A stretch of 64,000 bases of DNA from Heterodontus francisci (lineage: Eukaryota), in assembly GCF_036365525.1 (NCBI RefSeq), contig NC_090401.1, forward strand, positions 41,777,674-41,841,673, in the 5' to 3' direction. The translations under genes and the position numbers were made by a program. Below are positions 51,372 to 64,000 of the stretch, in pieces (position 1 is the first letter of the stretch; each line of letters opens with the position of its first letter). The notes under the pieces were generated by a model that ran no database searches, was not told where the DNA came from, and worked only from the letters and a program-made list of their open reading frames with translations.

Positions 51372-52411
51372 GTGAGTTGCAGGCCAACCTGCGGGATCCG
51401 GGCGGGATATTTTGGCCGCCAGATCTGCCGAGATGGGAGGTTATTATTTATGAGATCCACATTGTTTGCAGTGTTTTGGTCGCTAGTTTTCAGGACAACA
51501 ATACTCCGTATTGAATCCAGAGGGTCCTCTGCGCGGAGTTTACCGACAGTTTAAATGTAAACCGATCTTTTGTTTAATGTTCGGACGTTTCTCTCTCTCA
51601 GATGCTCACTGTACACAATTGTTTGTGAACTGAACTGTAATAAAACAATCCCTATACAGTGCGGATCAACATCACCCGGTAGCCTGGAGATTTTCGGTGT
51701 GCATTGTTTACAGTTTTTTTATGCTCCTTTTTTAATGCTCCCTTTTGATTGTGTTTTTGTTTTGAACAGCTGTTTTTTTTCTGAAACAATATTCGCCATC
51801 AAAGAGATACGAGTCAGTGTAAAGTTAAATATCTCGGATGTCTGTCTGATCTTGTATGGAGGTTGGGATTTTTCTGTATTTAGTCTAAGCCATTAATTTT
51901 CAGTGATGTGCGACAGTTAAGATCAAAAATACTGAACAGATTACAAAATAATTTAGGCGCATTAAGCTTTGCTGCATGCCTTGTTTTTTTAAAATTGCAG
52001 TTGGCTCTGCCCAAGAGGTTACATGTTTAAAGCAAAATGGGTGTTGGGACACGAAACGAATGAGACATGACAGGCTTGACTATAATACAAAATGTTTAAA
52101 TGGTTGATACAACAAATCCCCCCCCCCCCAAAACCGTTGAAACAGTTGTTTGATATACAATTCTTTAGATCTACAGTGTTTAATATTTGAGTTGCCTAGT
52201 TTGGTTAAGGTTTGTGTCACTATATTGTATATTACATAAACAATGTGCTCCATCAGACCACTTTTTAAAAGCATCGGGAATATTCATTAAAATTAGCTCC
52301 CAAGTACAATCAAAACATCTTTAATTTAAATAATTTGAAATTATGCAGTTTGATATTACTGCATTTAGACAAGATCTCTTTCACTGTTATTTTACATGGG
52401 GGTTATGGTCT

Positions 52412-52808
52412 CACATTGGTTATATTACTGGGCTAATAACCTAGAGACCTGGGCTAATGATCTGGCGATGAGTTCGACTCCCACCGTGGATGCTGGGGAA
52501 TTTAAATTCAATTAAATCTGGACTGAAAAAAAACTAGTATCAGTAATGGTGACCATGAAACTACCGATTGTCAGAAAACCCATCTGGTTCACTAATGTCC
52601 TTTAGGGAAGGAAATCTGTCATCTTTATTTGGTCTGGCCTATATGAGACTCAAAATGATGGACTCTTAACTGCCTTCTGAAATGGCCCAGTAACTCAGTC
52701 AGTTGTACTCAAGAAGGTGGCTCCACCACCACCTTCTCAAGGGCAATTAGGGATAGACAATAAATACTTGATTATCAGCAATGCTCACATCCCATGAATG
52801 AATTAAAA
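52412..52808 (+). mobile_element. tRNA-derived SINE, same family as 29985-30370
   Basis: gagttcgactccc B-box; shared body and CR1-group tail. Confidence 0.7.
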
Positions 52809-53924
52809 ATACTGTTTACCACCTCCATTAAATTAGTGGGCAATGGAATTTCATACATGTTAGGTATTCATATTCTAATTTTGCACAGTGTCATTTAAGA
52901 GCTTCAATCAATTTTATTTTGTTGTGAGGGTGAATTATTTAATAATTTTACTCTCTCAGCTTTGTAAGACTGTTAAAACCCTCTTGTTCTTAAACAGGAT
53001 GAGATTAGAGCAGCGACTTGACAATAGTATCTTGGAGCTCCAGTGAACTGGACCCAGCTGTTAACTAAATCACGTCCCTCTCTGTAAACCCAAAATGAAG
53101 CTAGAATTGCAAAACAGTGACACATAAGAAAACCTTTCTTCAAACTGTTTATGTTTGACCAGGAGCTCTATTTTAGTGAGTAGTCCAAAAATAATTGGAA
53201 GAGCTGGTGGTGGGAGTGAAACATGGCTGTGCATTGGTAGATTGAAAGGTGATGATGTGAGTTCTAGTTGGAAAGAGGAAGCTTGCGATGGGATGGTAGA
53301 ACTTTGTGCTGAATGTCAACAAGCTACTGGGACTGATGGAGGGGGAATTGGGTGCGATTAGGTTCATTACTTTCCATGATGAGCTTGCTTATGATAATTT
53401 ACTTACTGGAGACGAAGAGCTAACAGCTTCCCAAATGGTAAGCCAGCCCACTGGAGTGAGGCACCTTCTAATATGCAAGGACAGAAAGTTGACAATTGAA
53501 TCCTTCTCACTCAATCTTACATTTCCTGTGGCAAGTTACAGAGCCACACGGAGAGGTCTGGGTCAGATCATTAGAGTGGCCTTTCATCAGGAAAATAATC
53601 TGTGTCATGGAGAGGGAGATCAAGTAAAAGATGGAGTACAAGAATAAATGATCATTGATCAATAATTTTGGAGTATCATCTGTGAATTCTGCTTAAAGAA
53701 TTTTAACTTTGGATTTTGAATGCAAGTACTGTAGTTGGAGCAGAATCCTAGAAAAACAAATTGTGCTGGTGTCATATTCTAGAGTGATATACTCTTTACA
53801 GTCATATCAGTAAAAAAAGGAGCTGCAAGAGAACTGATTGGTATTCTACTGGAAATATAGTGAAGATCAAATGAGTATATGTTTTGGGGAGAATTGTTAC
53901 TCTCAGTTGGTAAGATTACTGGAA

Positions 53925-54147
53925 AAGCTCTGGAATTCACTACCTAAACTTCTCCACTTCGCTACCTTTTCTCTCCTCATTTAAGATTCTTCTTAAAATC
54001 TACCTCTTTTTGGCCAAGCTTTGGTTACCTGTCCTAATATCTCTGTATATGGGTCGGTGTCCAATTATGTTTGAGAATCACTCCAGTGAAGTGCCTGGGA
54101 TGTTTTACTCCGTTAAAGACGATATGTAAATGCAAGGTATTGTTGTT
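53925..54147 (+). mobile_element. L2 3' end
   Basis: Similar to 37810-38017. Confidence 0.6.
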
Positions 54148-54309
54148 ATGTAGAAGCAGCTGTGTTTGATAGGCCAAAGACAGGTGCTATATTTGGTACA
54201 ACATAGGACTGAAAAGGAATGAGGTAGTTTCTGTATATTGTTTTAGAGCATGTGTTAGCCCTAAAGTGCTTTTTAGCTCTGCTTCTGGTTCCCTACTGAC
54301 CTGAACTAT

Positions 54310-54550
54310 GCAAAGAAGAGCAGGAAGTTCTCCCAGTGGCCTAGCCAACATTTATCTCTCGAGCAGCACCACTAAAGCAGATTCTCTGATCAATATCTCA
54401 AAGCTGTTTGTGGAACCTTTCTTTGTGCTAACTGGCTGCCTCGTTTCCCCACATTGCAACAATGACTTTTAAAAGTACTTAATTAGCTGTGAAGCATTTG
54501 GGAAGACCTGAAGTCATGTGAAGGTGCTATTCGAATACAAGTTCTGTCTT
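54310..54550 (+). mobile_element. DeuSINE 3' half
   Basis: gaagagcaggaagttctcccagtg...gtgaagcatttggga, as at 4450-4680. Confidence 0.65.
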
Positions 54551-54741
54551 TCTGGAGCCTGGGAAGAGAGTTATCTGTGGTTGTTGCAAGTAGATATGCC
54601 TGGATCTGTAGATCTGGTTGGTGATATCATGTCATGTATGGCCAGTCTAGCTTTGTTGACTTTTGATCTCCTTCATCATCCAGTAGCATCTAAAAGCATG
54701 AAATACTCTGATTGGGATGTTTTTACGGAACCCAGAGCATT

Positions 54742-55262
54742 CTTCTTCTTTGGCCTCCTTATCTCGAGAGACAATGGATAAGCGCCTGGAGGTGGTCAGT
54801 GGTTTGTGAAGCAGCGCCTGGAGTGGCTATAAAGGCCAATTCTAGAGTGACAGGCTCTTCCACAGGTGCTGCAGAGAAATTTGTTTGTCGGGGCTGTTAC
54901 ACAGTTGGCTCTCCCCTTGCGCCTCTGTCTTTTTTCCTGCCAACGACTAAGTCTCTTCGACTCGCCACACTTTAACCCCGTCTTTATGGCTGCCCGCCAG
55001 CTCTGGCGAACGCTGGCAACTGACTCCCACGACTTGTGATCAATGTCACAGGACTTCATGTCGCGTTTGCAGACGTCTTTAAAGCGGAGACGTGGACGGC
55101 CGGTGGGTCTGATACCAGTGGCGAGCTCACTGTACAATGTGTCTTTGGGGATCCTGCCATCTTCCATGCGGCTCACATGGCGAAGCCATCTTAAGCGCTG
55201 CTGACTCAGTAGTGTATATAAGCTGGGGATGTTGGCCGCCTCGAGGACTTCTGTGTTGGAGA
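54742..55262 (-). mobile_element. RTE-clade LINE, 5'-truncated
   Basis: SRMEDGRIPKDTLYSEL..CSTCGRACHSRIGLYSH* with an (aag)n tail. Flanked by a 51-bp direct repeat. Confidence 0.93.
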
Positions 55263-55391
55263 TAAAAGCATGAAATACTCTGATTGGGATGTTTTTATGG
55301 AACCCAGAGCATTAAGGTTAATTAAAGCTTCACATGTTACATTCATGACATTCGGCCTACCGTCATGTCCTCCCTTTGGACATGCATTGTT

Positions 55392-55747
55392 TTATGTTTT
55401 AGTTTAGTTTTAGACATACAGCACTGAAACAGGCCCTTTGGCCCACCGAGTCTGTGCCGACCATCAACCATTTATACTAATCCTACACTAATTCCATATT
55501 CCTACCACATCCCCACCTGTCCCTATATTTCCCTACCACCTACCTATACTAGGGGAAATTTATAATGGCCAATTTACCTATCAACCTGCAAGTCTTTCGG
55601 CATGTGGGAGGAAACCGGAGCACCCGGAGGAAACCCACGCAGACACAGGGAGAACTTGCAAACTCCACACAAGCAGTACCCGGAACTGAACCCGGGTCGC
55701 TGGAGCTGTGAGGCTGCGGTGCTAACCACTGCGCCTCTGTGCCGCCC
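55392..55747 (-). mobile_element. HE1-like V-SINE, full length
   Basis: Head ggggcggcacagaggcgcagtggttagcacc, V-domain core and (ctaaa)n tail. Confidence 0.88.
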
Positions 55748-57944
55748 CTTCTTCCGGATCAAGAAAAGTGTTTGCACCTTTGTGTCCAAATGCAGGTGTC
55801 AGGGTACTAATGGGTGAGTGCTTCTTTCTATTGGCCCTCCTCATCTTCCTGCATAAAGCACAAGTATAGGGCGATTCCCACAGGAAACCCATTGTGCCAC
55901 TGTTAGCATTGCAAAACAATGGTTGTGCCACACCAATTACTCTAAAGGCTTTTGACCAACTAATTGACAACAACAACAAAATAGCAAGGAAGAGGGCTCA
56001 GAAATGACTTGAAATATTCAAGCTGGGCTGTGTCCTCTGTGTCTACAAATCTAGATACCCAATTTGAGTAGCAGGAACATGTATTTCTGAATGCCAGAGG
56101 ATTGTTTGGACTATTAAATTACATCATTAAGGGGGACTTCATCAATACTGAAATGAAGTTTCCATCAAATCTATGACTGGAGATGCACAGAAATGTGCAA
56201 AGATCCGGCATAACATCACTAATTTTTTGGATCGATTCCACCCAAAAATTGAGATAACCTAAATGCAAAATTACACTGGTGTGCTTTGGTACATGACAAC
56301 CCCAGATGTTTCCTAACCATTATTACTTCTTGGAACCTCTTTTATACCATTAATGATTAAAATCCAAACGGTGGTATTAAATGTCTTGCTTGAGAATGTT
56401 AACATGTTCTTTTGAAAAAAGATTATGCATTTCTCCTCTTGTTTTTTGGTCATCCTTTTTTACTAGAGCAGAAGCAGCTTAGGTGCTTACAAGGCAAACA
56501 GTTGAAGTGTTGCGTCTCTTTTTGCCTCTCCCAGGAGATTATATGGCTGTAAGGAGTCATAGCAGGGCTGGGTGGCGGGTTTGGATGGATGCAGAGGAGG
56601 AAGTATTTAGTCATGGTGCTCCAGCCATCATGAGTGTGAGGCAGGTTTGATGGAGCAGCTGGTCTTTTAGTCCCTTCAATTTTGTAATTCATCAGAACCC
56701 CATGATTGAGCATTCACTTTGTTAAACATTTCTGGTTTCATACCATATACACAATCTTTGGATTTGTGCTCATGTTCAATGGTCTAAGCTAAACCATAGA
56801 TTTGCATCTTACAGTATTACTGCCAACTTGGGGCATATGTTTCTGTTTCTACCTGCCGCCACAACTAAATTTAATGGTTCATATTTGTAGCTTCCTGTAT
56901 GATCAGGTATGGCTTAGAAACCAAGAATGGGGGACGGTGCTTGTAATACAAGACACGATCACGGGATAGTGTATAATGCCAGTTTGTGCAAAAGTGCTAG
57001 ATTTTAGATTATAAAGCTAGTTTCTCATTATATTGCACATACATTGTAAAGTAGTACAAGCATCACCGTAATGCATTTCAAAGTACACTGTACCTTTCTG
57101 AAAATACACAGAAGACTAGAATCCAGTACTTGGAAAAAGTAGAGTTTAGCCAATAGTGCAATTAAACCCATGTGTAACAGCCACATTTTGGATTGGTCTT
57201 ATTAGGTGGCATCCTATGGAAGATTGAAACCTGATCTTTTAATATATTGTTGGGATAGTTATTGGTGGCCTTTTTACATAGGTGACCTTAATGTGTTTTA
57301 ATATATCTGAATCACAAATTATTAAATCCATACCCTACTTAGCTATATTCCCTTGTTCCTGTAATCCTTAAAGAGCAAATGTGATTTCATCATTTTGAAT
57401 ATTAAATTAGTGTTAACTTTCACAGTTTATATCAGATTGAAAATACAGTCTTTAACCTCTTTAGCGTGAAATTGGGCAAATTTAAAAAATGTTATTATAG
57501 AGATGAGGGACAAACAGATGCTCGCAATTAAATGAGAAACTCACAAACATAAAAGCCTACTTTAACCGTGCAACATGAGCAAAAATAGTATTTTGGTTAC
57601 TGATGTCCATTCAGCTTTACTGAGGTAACTTTCTGTAGACAGGTGTTGCCATTTTCAGCAAAGTTGACGAAATGGCTAAAAATTGGAAGGGTCTCGCATC
57701 AGTGGAGTGAGAAGATCTGGGTTACTCTCACAATCTCTTGTGTGAAAATTGCAGCAGAGGCAAAATGTTTCTCCACAGCAGAAAAGAATAGGAAGTCTTT
57801 CTCAACATCTTATATCTGATTATAGAGCAGAACTGGGATGATCTTGGGAAGAGTATCCTATTCAGCACCTCCACCTCAGAGTGGAATAAATAAATAAAAT
57901 CATTATCTACAACATAAAGCATTGATTGTTAGGTCTGGCATTTT

Positions 57945-58670
57945 AACAACAACATCTTGCATTTACATAGCACCTTCAAAATGGTAAAATATTCCAAGCC
58001 ACTTCACATGAGTGTTATCAGGTAAAGTTAGACCCTGAGCCACATATGGAGATATTAGGACAGGTAACCAAAAGCTTAGTTAAAGAGGTAGGTTTTAAGG
58101 TGTGCCTTAAAGGAGGGGAGAAGGGCTGGGAGGTTGGGGATTTCAGAGCTTAGGTCCTAGACACCTGAAGGCAGGGCTACCAATGGAGGGGCAAAGAAAA
58201 TCGAGGATGTATAAGGCCAGAATTGGAGGAATGCAGAATTGTCAGAGGGTAGTAGGCTGGAGGAGATTACAGAGATAAAGAAGGGCAAAGCCATAGAGGG
58301 ATTTGAACAGAAGAATGAGAATTTTTAAAAATCAAGGGACTGCTGGATTGGGAGTCAATGTAGGTCAGCAAGCACAGGGGTGATGGGCCTCAGTGCAAGT
58401 CAGGGTATGGACAGCAGAGTTTTGAATGAGCTCAAGTTTATGGAAGGCAGAAGATGGGAGGCTGTCAAGGAGAGCATTGGAATATTTGAATCTAGTGGTA
58501 ACAAAAGCATGGATGAGTGTTTCAGCAGCATATGGACTGAAATAGGGGAAGATACAGATGATATAAAGGAGTGAAAGCAGCATGACTTGGTGATGAAGAG
58601 GATACGGGGTTGGAAGCTCAGAGAGGGTCAAATAGGATGCCAAGGATGCGAACAGTCTGGTTCAGCACCA
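57945..58670 (-). mobile_element. L2 LINE 3' portion
   Basis: AAETLIHAFVTTRFKYSNALL..KLELIQNSA; (caa)n tail. Confidence 0.85.
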
Positions 58671-59902
58671 GCCAATGAACTGACATAGATACTGCGTATA
58701 AACCCTTCCTTATGTACGGATGATTTTAGGAACTAAATTCCAGTAAAATTACATGTATTTTACTAGGTACATAAGGAACCCTTTTGAATTTGTTAGCAAG
58801 TTTAGCACTGGATAAGTATGTATATTATTGTCTTGAATACAGTCCAAACTCTAATTCTCAATCTTAACCCTTAAATCTTCTGTGCTGTTATGTTACAATG
58901 GAAACTCAAAAAACTTGCAAAACTTAATAAAAAATGCTTCTATGCTATGCTTCAGTTTACAAGTTTCACAATACTGCAAACTGATAGAAATTATGAATTT
59001 GTGACAGGATCTAGATACTGATGAAGCACTCGGTGCATTAAACTGAAGTTGTTTGTGATTTGGAGTTTTCAGACTTTTACGTAATTGCAACATTATAATG
59101 GAAATTAAAAATAGATGTAAAAATGAATACTCAGCAAATGTTTTACTTACACCTTCGACAGCTGTTAAAAGTAGCAGCAATACTGCAATATCACAGAAAA
59201 ATGGGAAATCCACTAGTAACCTTTTGCAATATTGTACTGAATAAATTTGGATATAACTGACATCACAGTTTGCTGTGGAACTCTTTACTCAAACCAATAC
59301 TTCATTGAGATACTGTTTTATTTTTACTGTTTAGCAAAATACCAAAGCAGATTCATTATTTTCTACGTTTCTTGATGAACTTTCATGTATGGGTATATTT
59401 ATGAAAATAGTCAAGGTTGCCACAGTGAAAATATTGCACAAAGTACAGCAGATGCATGACGATGATCTGCAAACATAACTTGTAACATGCAGCTCACTTA
59501 AAAAAAAACACTTCAGACATCCAGCCCATCTGTAAGAGTGTCCCATGTGATTAGGTGCTATTAAATGCAATTCATTTCATGAAAGGCAAGTGGCTTTATC
59601 TTGGGACAGGGTAGTGGATAAAAGGGAATGCAAACATTAACACTGTTTTAATTCACTTACAGAGCATTTCTGAGGGATAAGTCTTCCTGTAAAGGAGTAA
59701 AAATGAGGATGCTAAAAGAATTAATAACAAGAAGTTTATTTATCCATGAGCCTTTGTATCTGAGAAATGCAAGTTAAGACACCAATCTCCTTCCTCATGA
59801 TGCTGACTCTAAGTGGGAGGCAGTTCCATGGTTATGAGTAGCCATCTGGTACTTTGGCCAAATAGCCAGTTTTCATGTGTGAGTTTGCAAACTATTAGAT
59901 CA

Positions 59903-60156
59903 ATTTTTTTTTATTCGTTTCATGGGATGTGGATGTTGCTGGCCAGGCCAGCATTTATTGCCCATCCCTAATTGCCTATGAGAAGGTGGTGGTGAGCCGC
60001 CTTCTTGAACTGCTGCAGTCCATGTGGGGTAGGTACACCCACAGTGCTATTAGGAAGGGAGTTCCAGGATTTTGACCCAGCGACAGTGAAGGAACAGCGA
60101 TATAGTTCCAAGTCAGGATGGTGTGTGGCTTGGAGGGGAACTTGCAGGTGGTGGTG
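59903..60156 (-). mobile_element. CR1-group LINE (second family) 3' end
   Basis: Reverse complement of 48130-48382. Confidence 0.85.
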
Positions 60157-60945
60157 ATCATGGAGGATATCATAGCGGAGCCCAATAACGTTTTCACCAG
60201 GTATCCATACAGTGCACTTTGCAGTGAATGTCACTGGTTAGTGACCAAGAATGGGAACCATACAATCAGTTTGATTTAGGGCACAATAACAGGGACAACT
60301 TTCCCAAAATATACAGCTAAAGAGAACAGAATAGTTAGTAACAAAATCTTCAGTTTACTAAATCCAGAGGCTGTCTCCTAGATCTGGCATCATAAGGCAA
60401 TCTCACAATAACTAAATAAAGGTTCCCAAATCCCTCCCTACATTGCCAATGTGGATGAATCTGATTTGAAAACTCATTTTCAAGAAAGATCTAATCATAA
60501 CTTGACCTGAATCGGAATCAGTCTGATGTACAGTTATATATTTATTACAAATGATCATCTTTAATGAAAACGCAAAGGTCAGTTATATATTGGATCAGTA
60601 GAACTGTTCCTGACAAAATTATACCATTTTAGATTTAATCCAATTTCAAAACATGTCATTTCTGAAAATATTTTACATTTTTGGTGGCTAGTGGTGGTAT
60701 AGCCTCTCTGTACACATGACAGCCATTTTATTCTGCTATCATCTAAGAAATTGTCCTCTCAGTAGGGACAATTTTTCTGGAATTAATAGAAAGATTAGAA
60801 TTTATTGTAATAATGAAAAAGTGGCTGTACTGAGATTAATAAATAACATTCAAGCAATATTTAAAGAATTTCACCTTTTAAAAGACATGACCAATAATCT
60901 ATTATTCTGACTGGTTTATTTCACATTGCGGTCCAACTTTGTAAT

Positions 60946-62589
60946 TGTTAAAGCCACATAGTGAGGCGTGTGGGTGATTCCCACTGTTCAGTTCCCACCT
61001 GACTGCAGCAAGTGTTTTTGTTATTAGGGTTTTAACCCCTTTGTGTTTTATTTGTCAAATAAGCAGACAGTGACAGGTTTTCCTCTAGGTTTAAAACAGA
61101 AGATTTGTTATATATTAAGCTATATGCCTTATCCCGAAATTGTCACAACTGCACCCACTCACACATTCATTTGCATGCGCGCACGAGTGCACACACACAC
61201 AAGAAGGGACAAATAGGAAAAGGGGTAAGTGGTTTGAAGTGAGGTAGGGTTTCGGGGTTTATAGTAAACCTGTTGAATTCTCTCGGAGATCAACTTTTCT
61301 TTAGTTGCAGGCCTAAGGTGTTTGCAGATTTCTCTGATGGTTGAAAGTTCAGTTTGAAGACAGAGGGCTGATTTTACGACGGGCAGACGGGAGCTGGCCA
61401 CTGACATAAAAGTCGGTGACGAACCCGCATCCGCCCAGCCCGAGGATCCAACGCACATTTTACGGGTCCCCGAGCTTTAACTGTTCAGAGGTGGGACTTC
61501 CACCCACTTGAGGGAGGAAGTCCTGCCTCATTGAGTTGGCGGCCAATCATTGGGCCGGCAGCTCTCAGTCCCAGCAGCGCCACTGGGAGTGGTGGCCACT
61601 GCTGGGATTTCATCCCAGCCGAGGACACGGAGCCAGGACCGAGGTAAGTTTGGTTTGCCTCGCTGGGCAGATCAGTCGTGGCCCAGCGAGGCAATGGTGA
61701 TCGTTTGGGGGGGAAGGGGGCTGTCTCGGGTTCTGGGGGTGGTTGGGGAAGCACGGGCGGTCCTCAATCGGGCACCCTGGAAGGCCGCCAGGTATCACTG
61801 GGCGGCCTTTCACATCTACTGGACGCCTGCTTGCCACAGGTAAAATACCCGTAGAGGCGGGCGAAGGCCCTTAAGTGGCCACTTGGTCTCAATTGGCCTG
61901 GGCAAGGTGGCCCGTTTCTCACCTCCCCTCCCCCCCCCCCCCCCCCCCACGCCACATGTAAAGTGGGGCGGAGGCGGGAGCAGGCCGGGAAGGCCTCCCG
62001 GAGCCTCCCGCTCCATTTTACGCCACCCTCTGCCCGCCTCCCCACCCCCCACCCGCACCATCCGGCTCACTGGGTGACGTAAAATTCCAGCCAGAGGATC
62101 ACTTACAATTCTCTGCTGCTCCGGTTGAAAATGTAGAATTCACAGCAGGGCGCCTTCCTTTTTGCTTGTTGGATTTTCTCCCAGCTGGACAAGCTTTGGT
62201 GATGCTTCTTCCTGGGTCTCCCTCGGCTCTATCTCTCTCTCTCTCTCTCTTCTGAGGGCTACCTTTAAAGCTAAAGTTTCTCACATCGCGCCTCTGTTGG
62301 AAGGCAAAGATTTTCCTCCCTGTGGTCACCGACAGTGGTCTAGGATGTGGCTACTTCACACCTTCTTTGTTTCAGAAGAACCCATTCAAAAATGTCACTT
62401 GATGGGTTCAGGATGGGTGTAATTGACACCTCTTAGCTTTGAATGTATTCTTTGTCCTTGCCAGACAATTTGAATCTACAAAGGAAAGGTCTTTGGACCT
62501 TGGGTAGCCATTTTTTTAAAGTTCCTTTTTATAATTCTTCAGGTTGAGTTCTTGTAGTTTCAATCACTGCACTTTACGTGAGTGTCACA
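60946..62589 (-). mobile_element. Probable solo LTR related to 2895-3845, interrupted by a TIR element
   Basis: TG..CA termini; the reverse strand shares gaaaacctgtc, aaaccct and cctcac..aca motifs with the first LTR. No clean TSD seen. Confidence 0.5.
61365..62092. mobile_element. GC-rich non-autonomous DNA transposon (MITE-like)
   Basis: Termini gggctgattttacg / cgtaaaattccagcc are inverted repeats, flanked on both sides by aga(g). Confidence 0.65.
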
Positions 62590-64000
62590 GTGAACCAAAA
62601 CCAAGTGATTTGCCAACTGTTTGCCCTGGTGATGTGCCTAAGGACAGGTCCTCTGTGCATTTCTCCATACCTCAAGGCCCTGTGCTTTCCTCTTAGGTTG
62701 CTCATAAGAGCCTCCCACTTTTCCATGAGAAATGTGCAACATGATTAGGGAAAAAGTACATGAGGTGGTTTCCCGTTGCCTTCCTCATGTGTGCTTTAAA
62801 GAAAGCACAAGTCCTTTTGTCCTTTTCCCGAAGGATCCTCCACCTGTAAACATGTGTTCTCCCTCGAGGTTCTGAAAATTTGTTGGTTCCACCGTTGGCT
62901 ATGGCTCATAACCCTGAGCATGTGGCATGGGCGACTTGCAAAAAGGCGGGGACGACCACCCCCTGAGGTCTCAATTGATCCTGCTACTTTGTTTGCCCTG
63001 CATGACCTCAAATAACCAATTGTCTGTCATTAATCTTGTAAGTTAAACTGCAACACACTCAACCAATTTTACATGATTCTGTCGGCATGTTAGTCTCTGC
63101 AGATGTAGTCAAAACTACTCCAGGTCTTGCTGTTGGTTTTCCCTGCTCCTCTTTAATTATTGTAACTCTTCCTCCTTACCATTGGCTCAACAGAATGAAT
63201 CACAGAAAGAGGCCATTTAACCAATCAAATCTGTGCTGGTGTTCTTCTTCACACAAGTGATCTAATTTAATTCCACTCTTTTACTCACTCTCCATACCCT
63301 TTAATATTTCTCTTTTTCAACAAGCTACCTGATTCCTTTTTTAGCGATTTACAGATTTCTCTTCAGCAAAGAATTTCAGATTCCAACCACATTCTGCCTC
63401 TAGATATAAAACCATAAATATGTTAGAGGTGGAGGGCCATGAAATGATCTTGAATGTTAATATCACCTATGGTTCGTACTTAAATCAGGTTCTTTAGTCA
63501 TCAACAAAAGTGAGTCATTGGGTTACTGAGATACGACACGTCAATGACGTCTACTGCAGGGCTATTTTACACACTTGGACTTTACATTCCAGGGTGAGGC
63601 TTGATTCAGAGGCACCAAATACAAACCGGCCTTTCATTTTGATTACACAGTGGCAGACAGAAAGCACAGGATAATAGTGAGGTCTTGTGCGACCAAGTAC
63701 AATAATTGATAGAATTAAAAAGAAAACTGAACACTGGCAATAGAATGAAAATGGAAAACACCACAAAAATTCACAGATCGATCAGCATTTCAAAAGAAAT
63801 GGGTTTAGTTCTGATAATGAGTCACAACCTGCTTTTTTTCTCTCAGATGCCGTCTGACCTGCTCTTTATTTCTAGTATTTTGTGGTACAATCATATTTGC
63901 TGGCATCGTAATTTTTAAAAAGTCACTTCCATTCTATTAAACAGCAACATTTCTTGACATCATTGTGATTTTAAAAACCAGGCCATGTGCATAGATCTGA

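Noticed and set aside
53306-53647. 113-aa ORF as a possible coding exon of the plus-strand gene
   Set aside because: No family similarity recognised and no convincing splice sites; probably degraded repeat.
61485-62077. Cluster of overlapping GC-rich ORFs or a gene promoter
   Set aside because: It lies inside a TIR-bounded repeat, where the high GC content explains the lack of stops; no recognisable protein.
1-64000. Prokaryotic systems (CRISPR arrays, retrons, defence operons)
   Set aside because: The sequence is clearly vertebrate; all RT motifs belong to non-LTR retrotransposons and no repeat-spacer array is present.

Overview
Repeat-rich vertebrate genomic DNA. It is very likely from a cartilaginous fish (shark or ray), judging from HE1-like V-SINEs, SacSINE1-like DeuSINEs and abundant CR1 LINEs. 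Three host-gene segments are supported. (1) The first coding exon and CpG-island promoter of an intron-containing 14-3-3 gene of the zeta/theta/beta/sigma group (minus strand, ATG at 10836); its other exons are not visible in the window. (2) An essentially complete ZNF706-family gene on the minus strand, missed by the ORF track: non-coding exon 1 near 44.0 kb, coding exons 27087-26956 and 26296-26201 (75 aa), and a 3'-UTR intron. (3) A probable non-coding, uORF-bearing first exon of an unidentified plus-strand gene near 51.2-51.4 kb. Nearly all long ORFs in the track are retroelement debris (CR1, L2, RTE). The most notable observations are a ~200-bp, ~90% identical inverted repeat that brackets the ZNF706 start-codon exon (candidate circRNA, exon-skipping or editing element), minimal hammerhead-ribozyme motifs with covarying stems in Penelope-like remnants, three RTE insertions with very long target-site duplications (39, 51 and 85 bp), and a 14-3-3 protein with sigma-like residues. 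Repeat boundaries and family names were assigned by eye and are approximate.
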